A program made the position numbers and the translations under genes. 64,000 nt of DNA, from positions 2,294,001 through 2,358,000 of the forward strand of contig OZ374558.1 in the NCBI GenBank assembly GCA_977862235.1, written 5' to 3'. Origin of the DNA: Dudresnaya verticillata (Eukaryota). Below, piece by piece: positions 23,253 through 34,744 of this stretch (the stretch's first letter is position 1; each line of letters begins with the position of its first letter). The notes below the pieces were generated by a model that searched no databases, had not been told where the DNA came from, and was given only the letters and a program-made list of their open reading frames with translations.

Positions 23253-24242
23253 TTACGTCGCCGAGGGCGCCTCGGCGGATTCCTCAGCGGGGTCCCCTTC
23301 AGGACCGTCGACCGTGTCCTGCATCTCGGATGCCGCAGCGAGGCTGGCAGGCGTGCACGGCGGGGTAGGAGGTATTCCCAAGGGTCCTTCCGAGACGGCA
23401 GCACCATCTAGAAGGCTGTGTTCATCGACGCCAGCGGTTTTAGCCTTCTTGAGAGCCTGCGAGAGGTGCGTCTTGCGCATCGCGGCAAAAAACAGCGCCG
23501 TCTCTGGATTTTGCGCCGCACCAGGTAGCGAAAAAACAGCGATGGCGTTTCGTTCTTCGAGGGCGGTAGAATTGCGTTTGGCGGACTCAGGAATAGACCG
23601 GACGGCTTGCGTACGCAATTCGTCTTGACGTTGCACTTTTGCTGCTCGGTTTCCAGTAGTATATCGCTCATCAGAACGGGGCGCAGAAGAGGCACGAACA
23701 GCAGACGGCACGGCGGAGTTTTGGGTTGACTCTTGCGGAAGTATGTCGAACGAGGACGTATTGGCGCGGTTGCTGTTTCCACTGATCTCTTGCGAAGGGT
23801 TGCTGACTTGCCACTTCGGGTGAGAATGCAATACTCTCCACGCCTTGAACGACAGCCAGTTCTCCTTAAGGTATTCCTTGAACTTATAATCCATCACCGT
23901 CGTCTTCCCGAGATGGATGGCGACGGCCATGGATAGCACGTTATCATCGTTCACCCCGGTTGGGTTCGACGCGTGCACCTTGCGGAGCGCGACGGCAAAC
24001 TTCTGCACGTCTGCCGATAAGTCCGCGAAGTGGGCCTTGCAACTCATCACCGGCCTGTTCCCGTACTTGCCGTCGGGGACCGCTGGCGGCTGCCGGCCCT
24101 TCTCGATGAAGCGGCGGTGCATGGCTTCGGAGAAGCGCTTGGCCTTCTGGTCCGCACCCACGACTGGATCCTCGGACGCAGCGATCCAGGCGCGGGAGAG
24201 GACCTCGTTCTCATCGATATCCCAGCTCTTCCGGCGGCTCAT
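23253..24242 (-). CDS. Harbinger accessory Myb/SANT-like DNA-binding protein
   Basis: MSRRKSWDIDENEVLSRAWIAASEDPVVGADQKAKRF...RPVMSCKAHF...KF and AWRVLHSHPKW, typical of the second PIF/Harbinger ORF. Frame intact. Confidence 0.85.
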   Translation of the reverse strand: MSRRKSWDIDENEVLSRAWIAASEDPVVGADQKAKRFSEAMHRRFIEKGRQPPAVPDGKYGNRPVMSCKAHFADLSADVQKFAVALRKVHASNPTGVNDDNVLSMAVAIHLGKTTVMDYKFKEYLKENWLSFKAWRVLHSHPKWQVSNPSQEISGNSNRANTSSFDILPQESTQNSAVPSAVRASSAPRSDERYTTGNRAAKVQRQDELRTQAVRSIPESAKRNSTALEERNAIAVFSLPGAAQNPETALFFAAMRKTHLSQALKKAKTAGVDEHSLLDGAAVSEGPLGIPPTPPCTPASLAAASEMQDTVDGPEGDPAEESAEAPSAT

Positions 24243-24609
24243 GTTGACGATGTGTGTGCGTGAGTGGTAGAGGTTAGCGAGCGGGGTGTGACGAAGTGTG
24301 CGATGTGGCATGGGTTGAGGCGGAAGATGGACGGTACTGTGTACAGTATCTCTCTCTGTCTTCGCGCGCTTTGCGCAACCAATGATGGAGCAGAGAATGG
24401 CACTGTGTAGCAATAGAATACCTCACGCGCGTGCGCTATTGGGGTGAGCAATAGACATTTCGGTTGGGTATTCTATTGAAATTTTACGCGATTAGAATAG
24501 ATTCGCTGCGGTAGAGATGGGAAATTCTATCTATACTAAAACATTGTATATATTTACATCATCATCACAACTTTATTGAAGCAAGACGAACAGCGGAAAC
24601 CCTAATGAA

Positions 24610-27503
24610 TTAGCCGCTGATAACTACTGGAAGGTCTGGACTAACGGGACGTCGACGATTCACGGCGATGGCGGTGAGCTGGAGAATGCGGGAAACCATT
24701 GGTGAAACTAACGAATGGTATTCAGTAGTAGGATTTGTTCCCCGGCGCGTGGCCAGGAAAGAAGCGAGATTTTGAAGTGCGCTACGGCATTCGGGGCCAA
24801 TGCCTCCGTGAATGTCGAATCCCAGCGGCTGAAACGTAATACAATGTGCTGCACAAGCAGTGCGATACTTGCGATGCTTGTCCCGTTCAGCGACTTGGGC
24901 GGCCCCTGCAGGAATTTCAGATGCCTTGGATACAGCACGAGCAGTAGAGGGAGTCACAATAGTAAGGTCATAACCAATGCATGAATCAGAAAAGGCGGGA
25001 TCATCCAACACCAAGTCCAATCGTCGAAGATCGTCCTGTAGATGAAAGGACTGCTCTCTCGTGACAGAAAGCCCGATAGACGGGTGACGGAGACGAGAAA
25101 AAAGGAGATCCCTAATAGAATTGTGACGACGAGTGGACCCATGGGCACATGGATATGTCGAAGCATGATACCCCAAACGGTCAAGGGAAACCACGCGACC
25201 AGAAACGGATAGACACGCAGAACAAGGGAGATCTGGCGCAAATACAGGTGCGCCCAAACCCAAGTCGATCATGGTAGCCCATATAGCAGGTGAAACAGAG
25301 GTGCCTCGGCGTGGATCGGGGAATGCGGTAAAGGCCATTCGAGATTCCAAACTACCACAGGAGAGAATTCGGGCCCTTTTCACACGATTTTCTCTCTCAG
25401 TCGAACGGATGGAGGGCCAGTAATTATCCACCAAACGAGCGTGAACCTTCGCGGAGAGTTCTTCTTGCAAGTGGGGGATGTAACCTCGCTTTCAGGTGCG
25501 AGAGAGGAGAGTTGAAAAGTGATAATCGCTAGATAATCCGAACCGAGTACACAGGGCATTACAGGTTCGAGCCAAACTCCGCGGCCGTGAGTCTGTGCGA
25601 GAGAACATGGAAAGGGCAGGCGAGATCAAAGTAGTGAACAAATCCCAAACCCCCATTACAGAACTGATATAGGAAAGCTCGACAAGCGTGGTAGTAGAGG
25701 TGAGGCCAAGCCCCCCATATTCAAGCGGGAGTGTCGCGCAAGTCCAGGAATCGTCGGGAAGCGAGTGATGAATACGTTCGAATGCCCTTCGCTGCCCTTG
25801 GTCGAATAGATCGGCCTCAGGAAATGTTAGAAGCGGCGGGGCAGTTCGTAGGGTATAGATCAGCTTGCAAGCACCGGAGCAATAGCGCAAGAGATGATAG
25901 GCCATTTGTGGGTCATTTAGAGTTGGAAGCGCTTCCAATAGACGTGTTTCCCTGACCCGTCTGAAGTGAAACTGGGCTTGGCAACCAGCAGAGTGTCCGA
26001 TAGGAGAGCCGAGCACAGTTAGAGCATCATCGTGAGATATAGTAACATGGCACCCGTTAGCAGTGACAGGGATTCGAGAGGGACGGCGCCACCACCAAGC
26101 AGTGGTTTTGGAAAGATTGAGATGGAAACCAATCTTAGATCCTTCCGTTGCGAGGAAAGAAAGAACTGAACCGAGCATACTGCGAGGCAGGAGGAGAGTT
26201 CCATCATCGGCGAAGAATACTTGCAAAGGCATAGAGAAACGGGTACGAAGGAGACACAAGAGAGGTTGCAGGACCAATGCAAACAATAGAGGGCTAAGTG
26301 GATCCCCCTGATGAGTGCCAGATCGACTATGGACAAGGAATGATCCAAAGTGTAGTACGGAGCCACGGCCGTATATAAAATGGATCCACTTTGCCAGCCC
26401 CGGGCAATGCAGTACCACTTCTGAGAGTATCAAGCTTCGCTCGATGGCATTGAATGCATTCGCAGCATCCACGCTCACGAGTACCATGTCTAAGTCACGT
26501 AGTCGAGTCGTTAAATAGCGTGAAGCATGTATGATCGCTTCTGCACCCCCTGAAACGCCTACAGAAAGTTGAAGAGGGCAGAGGTAGGACTGCAATACAG
26601 GATCACGAGTAACGTTAAAGGCAATTATTCGACTGATAAAACGCCTAAGAAGCACTGAAACAGCTATAGGACGCAACCGAGAGTTGTTAGCCTTAGGGAG
26701 GCCTATGAGAGTGCCACCAGCTAGAAATGAATGACAAGCTGCTGGCAAGTGCCCATTGACGGCACGGTTAACAAATATCGTTAGCTCTGCCAGCACAGAC
26801 CGCGACGGATCGGAACCACCCGGCCCGGCGTAGAAGCTAGGATTTTGAAGACAGCTGGACGAAGGCCATCACGGCCAGGACAAGAAGCTCTTGGCATGGA
26901 GAGTATACCCTTGCGAACTTCAGCCTCTTCAAATTGAAGCGCAGGGGGGAGCTGAATGGAATCAAGAGGAACAACAGGGCGTTTCGGAGCGGGATGTAAA
27001 TCTTGAAGCAGACGGGCGTTGAGTGCTGTGGGTTGAGCAGGAACCGAATCCTCCGTGAGAATCGCACAGGCTTTAGATAAGGAGCCATCCCTGAACGCAT
27101 TACGACAGCGTCTCAAGCGAAGCTCCGCAACGGAAGGAAGGTGAGGTGGTGGCAGGCATGAACGTAGATGTGCAACTTGAGCTTCAGAATATAACTGAGT
27201 CCATTCACAGCGCATGGCCAGATGGACTCGGTGGCGAATACTGTTGTGCAAGGAGCGGTTGTTGCGGTTGCGAGGCTCATGCCGACCATTTATGCGGAGT
27301 ACCAACTTCGGAGTGGCAAGAAGACAATCAAATGCCTGGTATTGGAGAAGAGAAGTGTTTGCAGAATTAAACGAATGTAACAGGTAGTAATAGAGATCGA
27401 TTACAGGTAATCGTAAAGAGTTGGGGATGTGTGTCAGAGTAGGAATATGGGTATCACAAATAGCATCCAGAGGAGGACAAGCACCCACAGTTGGAAAGGT
27501 CAT
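24610..27503 (-). pseudogene. LINE ORF2: reverse transcriptase plus restriction-like endonuclease
   Basis: PGRDGLR, LRPIAVS, VGVSGGAEAIIH, VDAANAFN, QGDPLSPLLF, FADDG, VLGSPIG, GGLGL, RHNSIRD and KHRKY. Frameshift near 26790. TGA at 25492, where the copy at the window start has CGA. Confidence 0.92.
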
Positions 27504-28762
27504 TGGTGGCTGGAAAGAACGGGTTCAGGTGCTGTGTCCATGGGTGTGTCTCCAGGACAGTCATTGGAGGGCGAAGGGGGCGAGATTGCAGGACGGCTAG
27601 GAACCAAGGCAGGGGCATCTACAGCATCACGATTTGAGCGAAGAACCAGCTGGAACCCATCCGAATCGAGGGCAGGATCTACAGAAGGACTAGATCGGTG
27701 TAAACCGTACCGACGTCGCTTGGTGGCGAGTGGAATCTCGCAAAGCGGGAACGCATGACCCTGTTGCGCCCGACCAGCCGTGATGAGCTTAGCAAAGAGA
27801 GAGCTTTCGAAATGGCGCAGTGCTTCGGAGAAGAAGGGAGCAGGGCGCCAAGAACAATCACGGGCTTCAAGTCGGGTGATTTCGGTGCAGAGAGAGGTAG
27901 TAATGGCTGCGATATCGTCTAAATCAGTCACGGAGGTAGCCAAATCGAGGACCGGGGACACCGAAATGGTCGGAACAACAACAGCATCAGCATCCTTCGC
28001 GTAGTCCCGAAATGTAGTATACGCGGGAGCAACATGAGGAAGGTCTGCGGTCCCCGCACAAACATAGAACTCTCGTGCACTATCCATGGTGATGATTGAA
28101 CAAGGGCCAGGAAAGCCCCCAACTTTCAGGGCAGAGCGGAAGTGAGCCGCGGAGTCGAAAGGACTAGCGTTGGCGGCAGTGGAAACCTTAACAAAGCGCT
28201 TAGCGTGTGAACCGACGAGGGTGCGGTTAATGCGGCAGACATCACTCTCCAGGCGACGAGAGATAGGTTGTTGAGACGGATGTGTGGAAGCTTGATTTCC
28301 ATGACGTCCAAGCATAGGAAGCTGGCAGACTGGACGTTTGGGCAGGTGAGTGGAAATGGCGGCGAGATAGGGTCGAGGCGCATGTGGGGAAGAGGCGGAC
28401 GGAGCAGCGGCGGGAGAGATGACATGGGCGGAAGGGTCGGAGATAATCGATAAGAGGCGAATGACACCGCCGAACTGGGTTCCCCGTCGAAACAGCGGAA
28501 GTAAACCTTGAACAGCTGGAAACTGCGTCAGGCTAGCAGCGAACTGAGCTATCGCGGTGTCGTTAGCGAGATCGACGGTCGCCAACAAGGGGGCACTTAA
28601 GCTGAGGAAATCAATGGCTGCATGTGTGAGGGCGGCGAATGTAGCAGACTTAGAGTCCGGATGAGTAGATGTGGAGGGGGCACGAGGGTTTCTGGCGGAA
28701 TCGGGCATGTCGGAAACAGAAGCGCCCGAGAACTTCGGACAAAGAGGACAAGAAAGCGCCAA
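27500..28762 (-). CDS. LINE ORF1, unknown function
   Basis: 420-codon open frame upstream of ORF2. Its TGA overlaps the ORF2 ATG (ATGA). Start codon uncertain (TTG 28762 or ATG 28708). Confidence 0.65.
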   Translation of the reverse strand: MALSCPLCPKFSGASVSDMPDSARNPRAPSTSTHPDSKSATFAALTHAAIDFLSLSAPLLATVDLANDTAIAQFAASLTQFPAVQGLLPLFRRGTQFGGVIRLLSIISDPSAHVISPAAAPSASSPHAPRPYLAAISTHLPKRPVCQLPMLGRHGNQASTHPSQQPISRRLESDVCRINRTLVGSHAKRFVKVSTAANASPFDSAAHFRSALKVGGFPGPCSIITMDSAREFYVCAGTADLPHVAPAYTTFRDYAKDADAVVVPTISVSPVLDLATSVTDLDDIAAITTSLCTEITRLEARDCSWRPAPFFSEALRHFESSLFAKLITAGRAQQGHAFPLCEIPLATKRRRYGLHRSSPSVDPALDSDGFQLVLRSNRDAVDAPALVPSRPAISPPSPSNDCPGDTPMDTAPEPVLSSHQ

Positions 28763-28894
28763 GAGCGAAGAGAAAGAGAACCAACAGAGAGAGAGAGAGA
28801 GAGAGAGACCAGAGTCTTTACCCGGAGAGCTGAAAAGCTTCCATTTACTGAATAGCGAACCGGTAGAGATGCTCTAAGCATGCAATACCGTAAG

Positions 28895-29031
28895 AAACCA
28901 AACCAAACCAAACCCGAGTAGGGGCTAACGAGAGAGGGGAAACCAAAGCAAAGCAAACCCCACGTAGGGGCTAACGAGAGAGGGGAAACCAAAGCAAACC
29001 AAACCCCACGTAGGGGCTAACGAGAGAGGGG
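28895..29031. repeat. Tandem repeat, ~50-bp unit, 3 copies
   Basis: ...CAAACCCCACGTAGGGGCTAACGAGAGAGGGGA, three copies, just outside the right Harbinger TSD. Confidence 0.9.
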
Positions 29032-30289
29032 ACGTTAACACCAAAAATCGGACAAAATCTTTAAGAATCCGCAATCATAAACGTCCGGGTAACTTCCCAC
29101 CCCATCGTTCCGCCGAGAACCGCACAGACAAAGACTGTATCACCTGCGCCGCACGGCTGCCGTGCGTCGCGGTAGAACGACGGCGACGACAGCGACGAGA
29201 GCAGCAAAGCTCGGTACCGAAGCACCACGGCCGCTGCTTGCTCTACAAAAGCAGCCCCCACCACCGGCCATGCCCCGCATGCGCTGCTCTACTACTGCTG
29301 CGCTACTTGAGCTGCCGAGTGGCAGAAACCGGCGGCGCCTCTACCACTCCATTCCCATCGGCGCCCGCTGCCGCGCTTGCTCTTCACAAGCCCGTCCCGC
29401 TGCTCGAATACCCCGTCGCCCTCTTCCCGGTCGTCCGCTCCCAAGCCTGCGGCCCACCTTACTGTCCGCTGCAGCAGCGCGCCGCCGCCGCTTCCAAGAC
29501 CAGCCCAAATTCCGCGCTGCCGATAAACATGTCAGATCCGCCTCGCAAGCAGTCAAGGCTCTTCTCGGGCGCTGCACCGCCGCCATCTATCCTCTCTACG
29601 CTCACCACGTATCGCTCACCACTTCCGACACAAAGGTGCACTCCGGTGCACCTTTGTCGAAAGCATGGTCGTGGAGCTGCACCGCGTGGTTGTGGTCAAA
29701 TCGCGACTGCGCATGGAACTAGAGGATGAAGAACCTCGATACCCGTGCATATGCGGGCTACTGCGCCGATCAGTCTGCCTCCCTCCTGCACCATGACCCC
29801 ACCACCGCCGCCACTGAAGTGATGCGTGATCGAGACAACGCTTTGGATGAGAGAACGACATGCCTGGGCCTCGCGTACTGCCGTGTCTGGGGCGGGCGAT
29901 CTGACGACGCCGTCTGGTAGCATGAGATCCGTGTCTCCGCTACGGTTTTTGGTGATGGAGATGGGGCACAGGCAACAGAGCAGGAGAAGGAGCACGGGAA
30001 CGGGTCCTTCAAGGATCCTAATGACGCGCCTGCGCCGCCACAGGACGGAGAGGTCCGCGGTACACCCGAATACACTTCGGACCCTCCCCCGTGCCCGCCA
30101 TCCGGAACGAACTGAGCAGAACCCACGCCCGACGCACCGGCTCCGCCGCAGCGGTATCCGGAAGAAGCGACTCTGAAACCGCGGTACACGTTCAAGCAAG
30201 CGCTTCCCCTCCTCTGCTCACCATTGAGGCACTCTCAGGAGTGCCAGTGACAGAGTAGAGTAAATTCAAAATGCTCCTCGCAGTCAACG

Positions 30290-31153
30290 CTGTAAAACGG
30301 CATCATGGATATCATCGCGGACGGGACAACGTCCTCGTCCGGCTTCAAGCCGAAAATAGCCATAACCGAATAAGTGGCAACTTGCTCCTCAATGATCAAG
30401 TGATGAACTGCTCCGTACTCGTGCAGGTCCGTGTGGATGGTTACTTTGTGTTCGCCTCGTGGAACGTGCCAATAATTTCTGTCTCAGCGGATGGTCGTGT
30501 TGCCGTGCGACAAGACGTTACTCGAGTGAGGCGCTAGTCCACGCCCTGCAGTAGGACGACTCCACACGGTGCTACGGATGCCTGAAGGGTTGCATCGCGC
30601 AAGGTTGACCATCTCGGTAAGACTGGTTGGGTGAGTCCAAGCGAAGCGAAGTGGTTACCTACTGGGATGACGTCTGGGGAGAAGAAGAAGCGAACGAGAA
30701 ACTCCAATGCAAATGTAAGCAGGAGCAAAAACACTGCACAAAGAGCAAGACACGGTTTGACTCGACGGCGAAGTTTCCCATTCAGAATGTTGTTTTTCTG
30801 AAAGGTGCAGAAAAAAGCGCGTGGAGTGGACGGTAGTTGCGAGAAAGGTACAGCGCGTGAGAGAGCGAAAACCCAAACGTGGAGACCGAGCCGGTAGTAG
30901 AGAAACGGAGGAGCAGTGAAGAAAGGATTCCCTGGATGGCGAGCAATAACAGCAGTGAGAATATGGCGACGAGAATGTCTTCTTGGTCGATAAGGCCTAG
31001 CTGAAATCGGCCAGTCCGTTGCGGAGAGGCGACCATGTCGCGGTTGAGAAAGGTGGGGGTATCCCTGCGGCTGGGACGGATTATCTGTGTGCCGCGCGCT
31101 ACGCGGCACACGAGAGGGCCTAGCAGTGTCCCGTGACCTACCTTCTTGTGCAT
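30290..31153 (-). pseudogene. Truncated pseudogene of the 3-TM family (paralog of 34745-36364)
   Basis: MHKKVG...LGP...VARGTQI...EDILVAIFSLLLLLAIQGIL...GSVSTFGFSLSHAL, then a frameshift, then LLLLTFALEFL...ASLGLTQPVLPRW...APCGVVLLQGVD*. Similarity fades after a TDLHEYGAVHHLII-like motif near 30400. Confidence 0.85.
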
Positions 31154-32908
31154 GGTTTCGCAGCAGGTTGGTATGTCTTCAAAGGAAGCGATCTGGCAAG
31201 ACGGTGACAAAACCGAATTACTGCGCGAAGGCGGAACTCTACAACTTCGGTCTTCGCAATGACTTTAAGCAACGGGTGAGCTTCTTAAAAGGAGAGCCGC
31301 TTCAATAGCCTTGCAATGCCTTGGGGAAGGGCCAGGCCGCGTATTGCAGAGGCGGAGGAATAATATGTGGTTGACAGCTCGGCTCGATGGAAACGTCAGC
31401 GTTCTCTCTTTGTCGGCAGTGATAGGAACGACAGAACGTTATAAATTGAGAGATGCGATGAAGAATTCATTTGAGATTGAAGTTGGAGCGAGAAAGATAC
31501 ACAGCATCCCCCAGCTTGGTGAAGACGGGACGGGCCGATGCGCAACAGCAGGTTTGCAGCAGGACAACAGACCCGGGGACATTGGGTTTGGCTCGACGAG
31601 AAAAGCGAAGACCCGCAGGCAATGGCTTGGACCAATGTGAGCTGGGGAATGGAACAATGTGTTACCCGGATACGAAGCAGTACAGCTTGAGGCGTACCCG
31701 TGTGCCGCGTGGCACGGTTTTCTGGGGCGAGTGTGCATCGTGGGAACAAGGCGGTGCTGGTTGAATCAGTCGCGGTCAGCGGCAGCAGCGGTTTTGAACA
31801 GAGATCTTAAGCGCTGCGCCGTCGAAACTTCATCCGGATTGCGAGCAGGCCGTTGGGACTGGTGAGGGGAGCTCCATGGCCGAGGCAAAACGTACAGTGC
31901 CATAAACAGGTGCTGTTCGTCGGCTGTCTAGGGCTAGGCGCCATTGCACCAGGGCGCAGCAAGATCCTAAAGCTGACCGTCGGCTGGAGGGGCAGCGGCG
32001 GCCTGGCGTAGAGACTGAGAGAGATGAGCCTTTATCGGAAGTGGTCAAAATGCTGTCGAGACAGATCCCGAGAACTTGCAAGCGGCTTGAGGGTGGTCCG
32101 GGCGGTCCAAGCGAATGCCCTGCGAAGACTAGATTTTGAGTGCGATAGGTTGTGGAGAAGTAGGACTGATTTCCTAAATCTTTCGTGAAGCATGAAAGGT
32201 ACTGAGAATACTGGACGGGACTGCGGCAGTAGGGCTTTGCGTGTACAGTGCTAGAAGATATGTTCTACTTGAGTATTGGAGAGAATGAATTTCGGTGGTG
32301 GGTGTATTTTGCGGGAGGTGAATTTCGTTGAGATCATGAGGTGATGCTCTGTTCGTGTCTGGAGCTCAGAAGAATGGATGCAGATCTGGGAAAGGCTGAC
32401 TAGGCGCGCATGGGTTTGCGGGTTTGGTGCGGTGATCTGTTGGATTCGGCAGCATTCAGGCGTGGGACTTTTGGACAGGGACGCAGCGGAAAAGCTAGCC
32501 CAACACATGGGCTCTTTGGACGGGCATGTCTGCGGATTGGAATGGGGTGCTCAATTTGGACGAGGCGATGGGAAGGCGCAATTATGAAAGTGTGCGAAGC
32601 TCTTCATGGACATATCTGTTGATATTGAGCCGTCGTGGAAGGGCGCAAGAGCTGGGGCATCTGAAGGATCGAGCACACGGCTATTCGGGAGACGCAGAAC
32701 AAGAAGGACATTTCGCCTAGACGATGCGGATGTGCCAGCCTACCTTGGGCTTCATATGTCCTAAGTGTTGGGAAGGCGCATGTTGTAAAGCGTGGGTTGT
32801 AGACATGCCAGTTGAACATGAACGAGCACTGGGTAGTTTCGAGGGTCAATGAAGGTGAGTCTGTTGCATTTGGGAGTGCTTCAGAGGATTGGTAGTTGAT
32901 TGTGAGTA

Positions 32909-33047
32909 ACAGATTGCATACAGAATGGTCGGCAAAAGATGAGACGGGGAACTTTATGTTACACTTTATTCAGAAAGGAGAATTTCTCCTCTCTGAATAA
33001 AGTTCCCCGTCTCATCTTTGCAGATCATTCTGTATTAGGTAATCTGT
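32909..33047. repeat. Near-perfect ~140-bp inverted repeat (hairpin)
   Basis: TACAGAATGGTCGGCAAAAGATGAGACGGGGAACTTTAT...CTTTATTCAGAAAGGAGAA pairs with TTCTCCTCTCTGAATAAAGTTCCCCGTCTCATCTTTGCAGATCATTCTGTA. Confidence 0.88.
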
Positions 33048-34744
33048 AATAGGGACACTAGGTCGCCCCAGAGTCTAGCGGGCCAAGAGTAGTGGCAAGA
33101 CGACGGCGATTAATTGCTACCGATAGGATTGATAGCGAGCGAAGCAAGTAAGAAAGCTATCATGAAGCAGTGTTGCCTCTTGCTCGATATGCGCAGCCTG
33201 CCCTTTTTATGTTAACCTTAAGAAAGCCATACTACTTTGTCCTGGGATCACTTGTCCGGCCCAATTCGCCGTCAAGTCGCTCTTCTCGACAAGGCATCAA
33301 TGCCCCGGGGCGTCGGTGAGAGGCGCTTTTTGACATGCAGGCACTGCAGTAGAAGGGGCTATGTTAGCTGCCATGTGGTCGGCGATGGGTCGAGCCGGCT
33401 GTGTGGGACATGTGGGGACGCTATCCTTTCTGGAGGTGGGCTGCGTTGCAGATTAACGGGGCAGGACGGAATGGGATGAGTGTTAAAAAGTTTTATTCAG
33501 ACGGTTACTTAAGTTCGCATTGGCAACATGGGTTGAGATGAGGTGAGGCTGGCTAGGCGAAGAGAGTCGGGAAGATGGGGGCTGTGGAGACATGAGGAGG
33601 TCCTAGGGCAAGTTCTCTTTCCTTGTGCTTGAGGTACGGCGTTGATGAGTTCATTCCGAGCCGTGCGTTGAGATCGGGTAGAGGGAATGACGTCTATGCA
33701 GCAGTGGGTGGTGTCGCAGCGAACAGAGTCGGACTGGCTCAGCGTGCGCGCTCACGGCGATCAGCTCTCGTCCACTAGCTGGCGGTACGGTGGACTGGAG
33801 TGTTGCTCTGGTCAGGTGGGAAGAGCAGAAGAACAGAAGGATTTGGAGACGGGAGCCGCGCGGGACATGCCCTGTATCCTACGGAACAAGGACCGTGTCA
33901 GACATTGAAATGTATCTAACGCGCCCGTAACCCATTACAGCGCGAAATGACACGAGCGCGAAAACGCAATCCAGGCGCCCGCCACCCCACATGTCACGCG
34001 CCGAACCGCTTCTTTTTTAATGCAAAATAAGCTTTCGCCAGTGTGCCAGACCGTCACGCGCGCAGCACGTGACAGGCCGCGACGCACTTGCTTCAAGTGC
34101 ACCGCAGCAGCCCACTTGCGCAGCGCCACCACCAAGCATCGCCCGCACCGCCCGCCTACCCACCCGCCTCGCCCGCCCCTACACCTGGTGAAGGACATAC
34201 CACCGCCTTTTCTCCCCTGAGGACCTCCCGCTCACTCGTCTTGCCTGTCGGTGTCGTGCTAGCGTGCGCCGACCAGCCCAAGAAGCCACCTAGGCTACTC
34301 GACCCACCTAACCCTTGTAATCCGCGTCGATGCTTTCGTTCAGCCCTTGCATAACTCAACCCGCTCTCCACCCGCTTTGACCTGAGCCGACCCCGTTGAT
34401 ATGCTCTGAACCACGGTACACACGCTGTCGCTTTGTGACCCATATAAGGCCCCCGAGCTACTCGCTGCACACTACTACGACCTTTCCCATTCGTTAACAT
34501 AGTCTGAAGCCCAATCTGAAGTCATCCGCCTCGCTCTCTCTGCCGCACTTCCGCATCACCTAACTCTTCCTACCGCGTTTCATCTCGGGGGAGCTGCACC
34601 TCGTCGCCGCTGCCGCATCAGGTGTCCCAGGTCGCACCCCTTCCGTACTCGCCTCTTGCCGAATGCTCTGGACCATCTTGAGGAGAATCACTTCTTTCCC
34701 ACCCACACTTCCGTCCTGCACAGAGCACCCATCCTGCACGCAAA

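Larger units (their letters stand above)
24558..28842 (-). mobile_element. Apparently full-length CRE-like non-LTR retrotransposon nested in the Harbinger
   Basis: Candidate TSD ATTTAC (24552-24557 / 28843-28848). (CT)n-containing 5' UTR, ORF1, ORF2 (RT-zinc knuckle-RLE), AATAAA and a (GAT)n tail. Confidence 0.9.
21550..28874 (+). mobile_element. PIF/Harbinger DNA transposon (~3.0 kb plus nested LINE)
   Basis: Perfect 16-bp TIRs GAGCATCTCTACCGGT at 21550-21565 and 28859-28874. TAA TSDs at 21547-21549 and 28875-28877. Convergent transposase and Myb-like ORFs. Confidence 0.93.

Noticed and set aside
24509..24520. Right TIR of the Harbinger
   Set aside because: Only 11 bp match and there is no TAA TSD. 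The perfect 16-bp TIR plus TAA is at 28859-28877.
28895..29031. 5' UTR tandem promoter repeats of the CRE-like LINE, or a CRISPR-like array
   Set aside because: The array lies beyond the LINE TSD and the Harbinger TIR. The units have no unique spacers and no cas genes are present.
29100..30200. Gene in the GC-rich stretch with many overlapping ORFs
   Set aside because: No frame gives a recognisable motif. It may be a decayed gene, but I cannot support a call.
31200..33900. Old LINE relic suggested by strand-skewed composition
   Set aside because: No RT or endonuclease motif was recoverable by eye.
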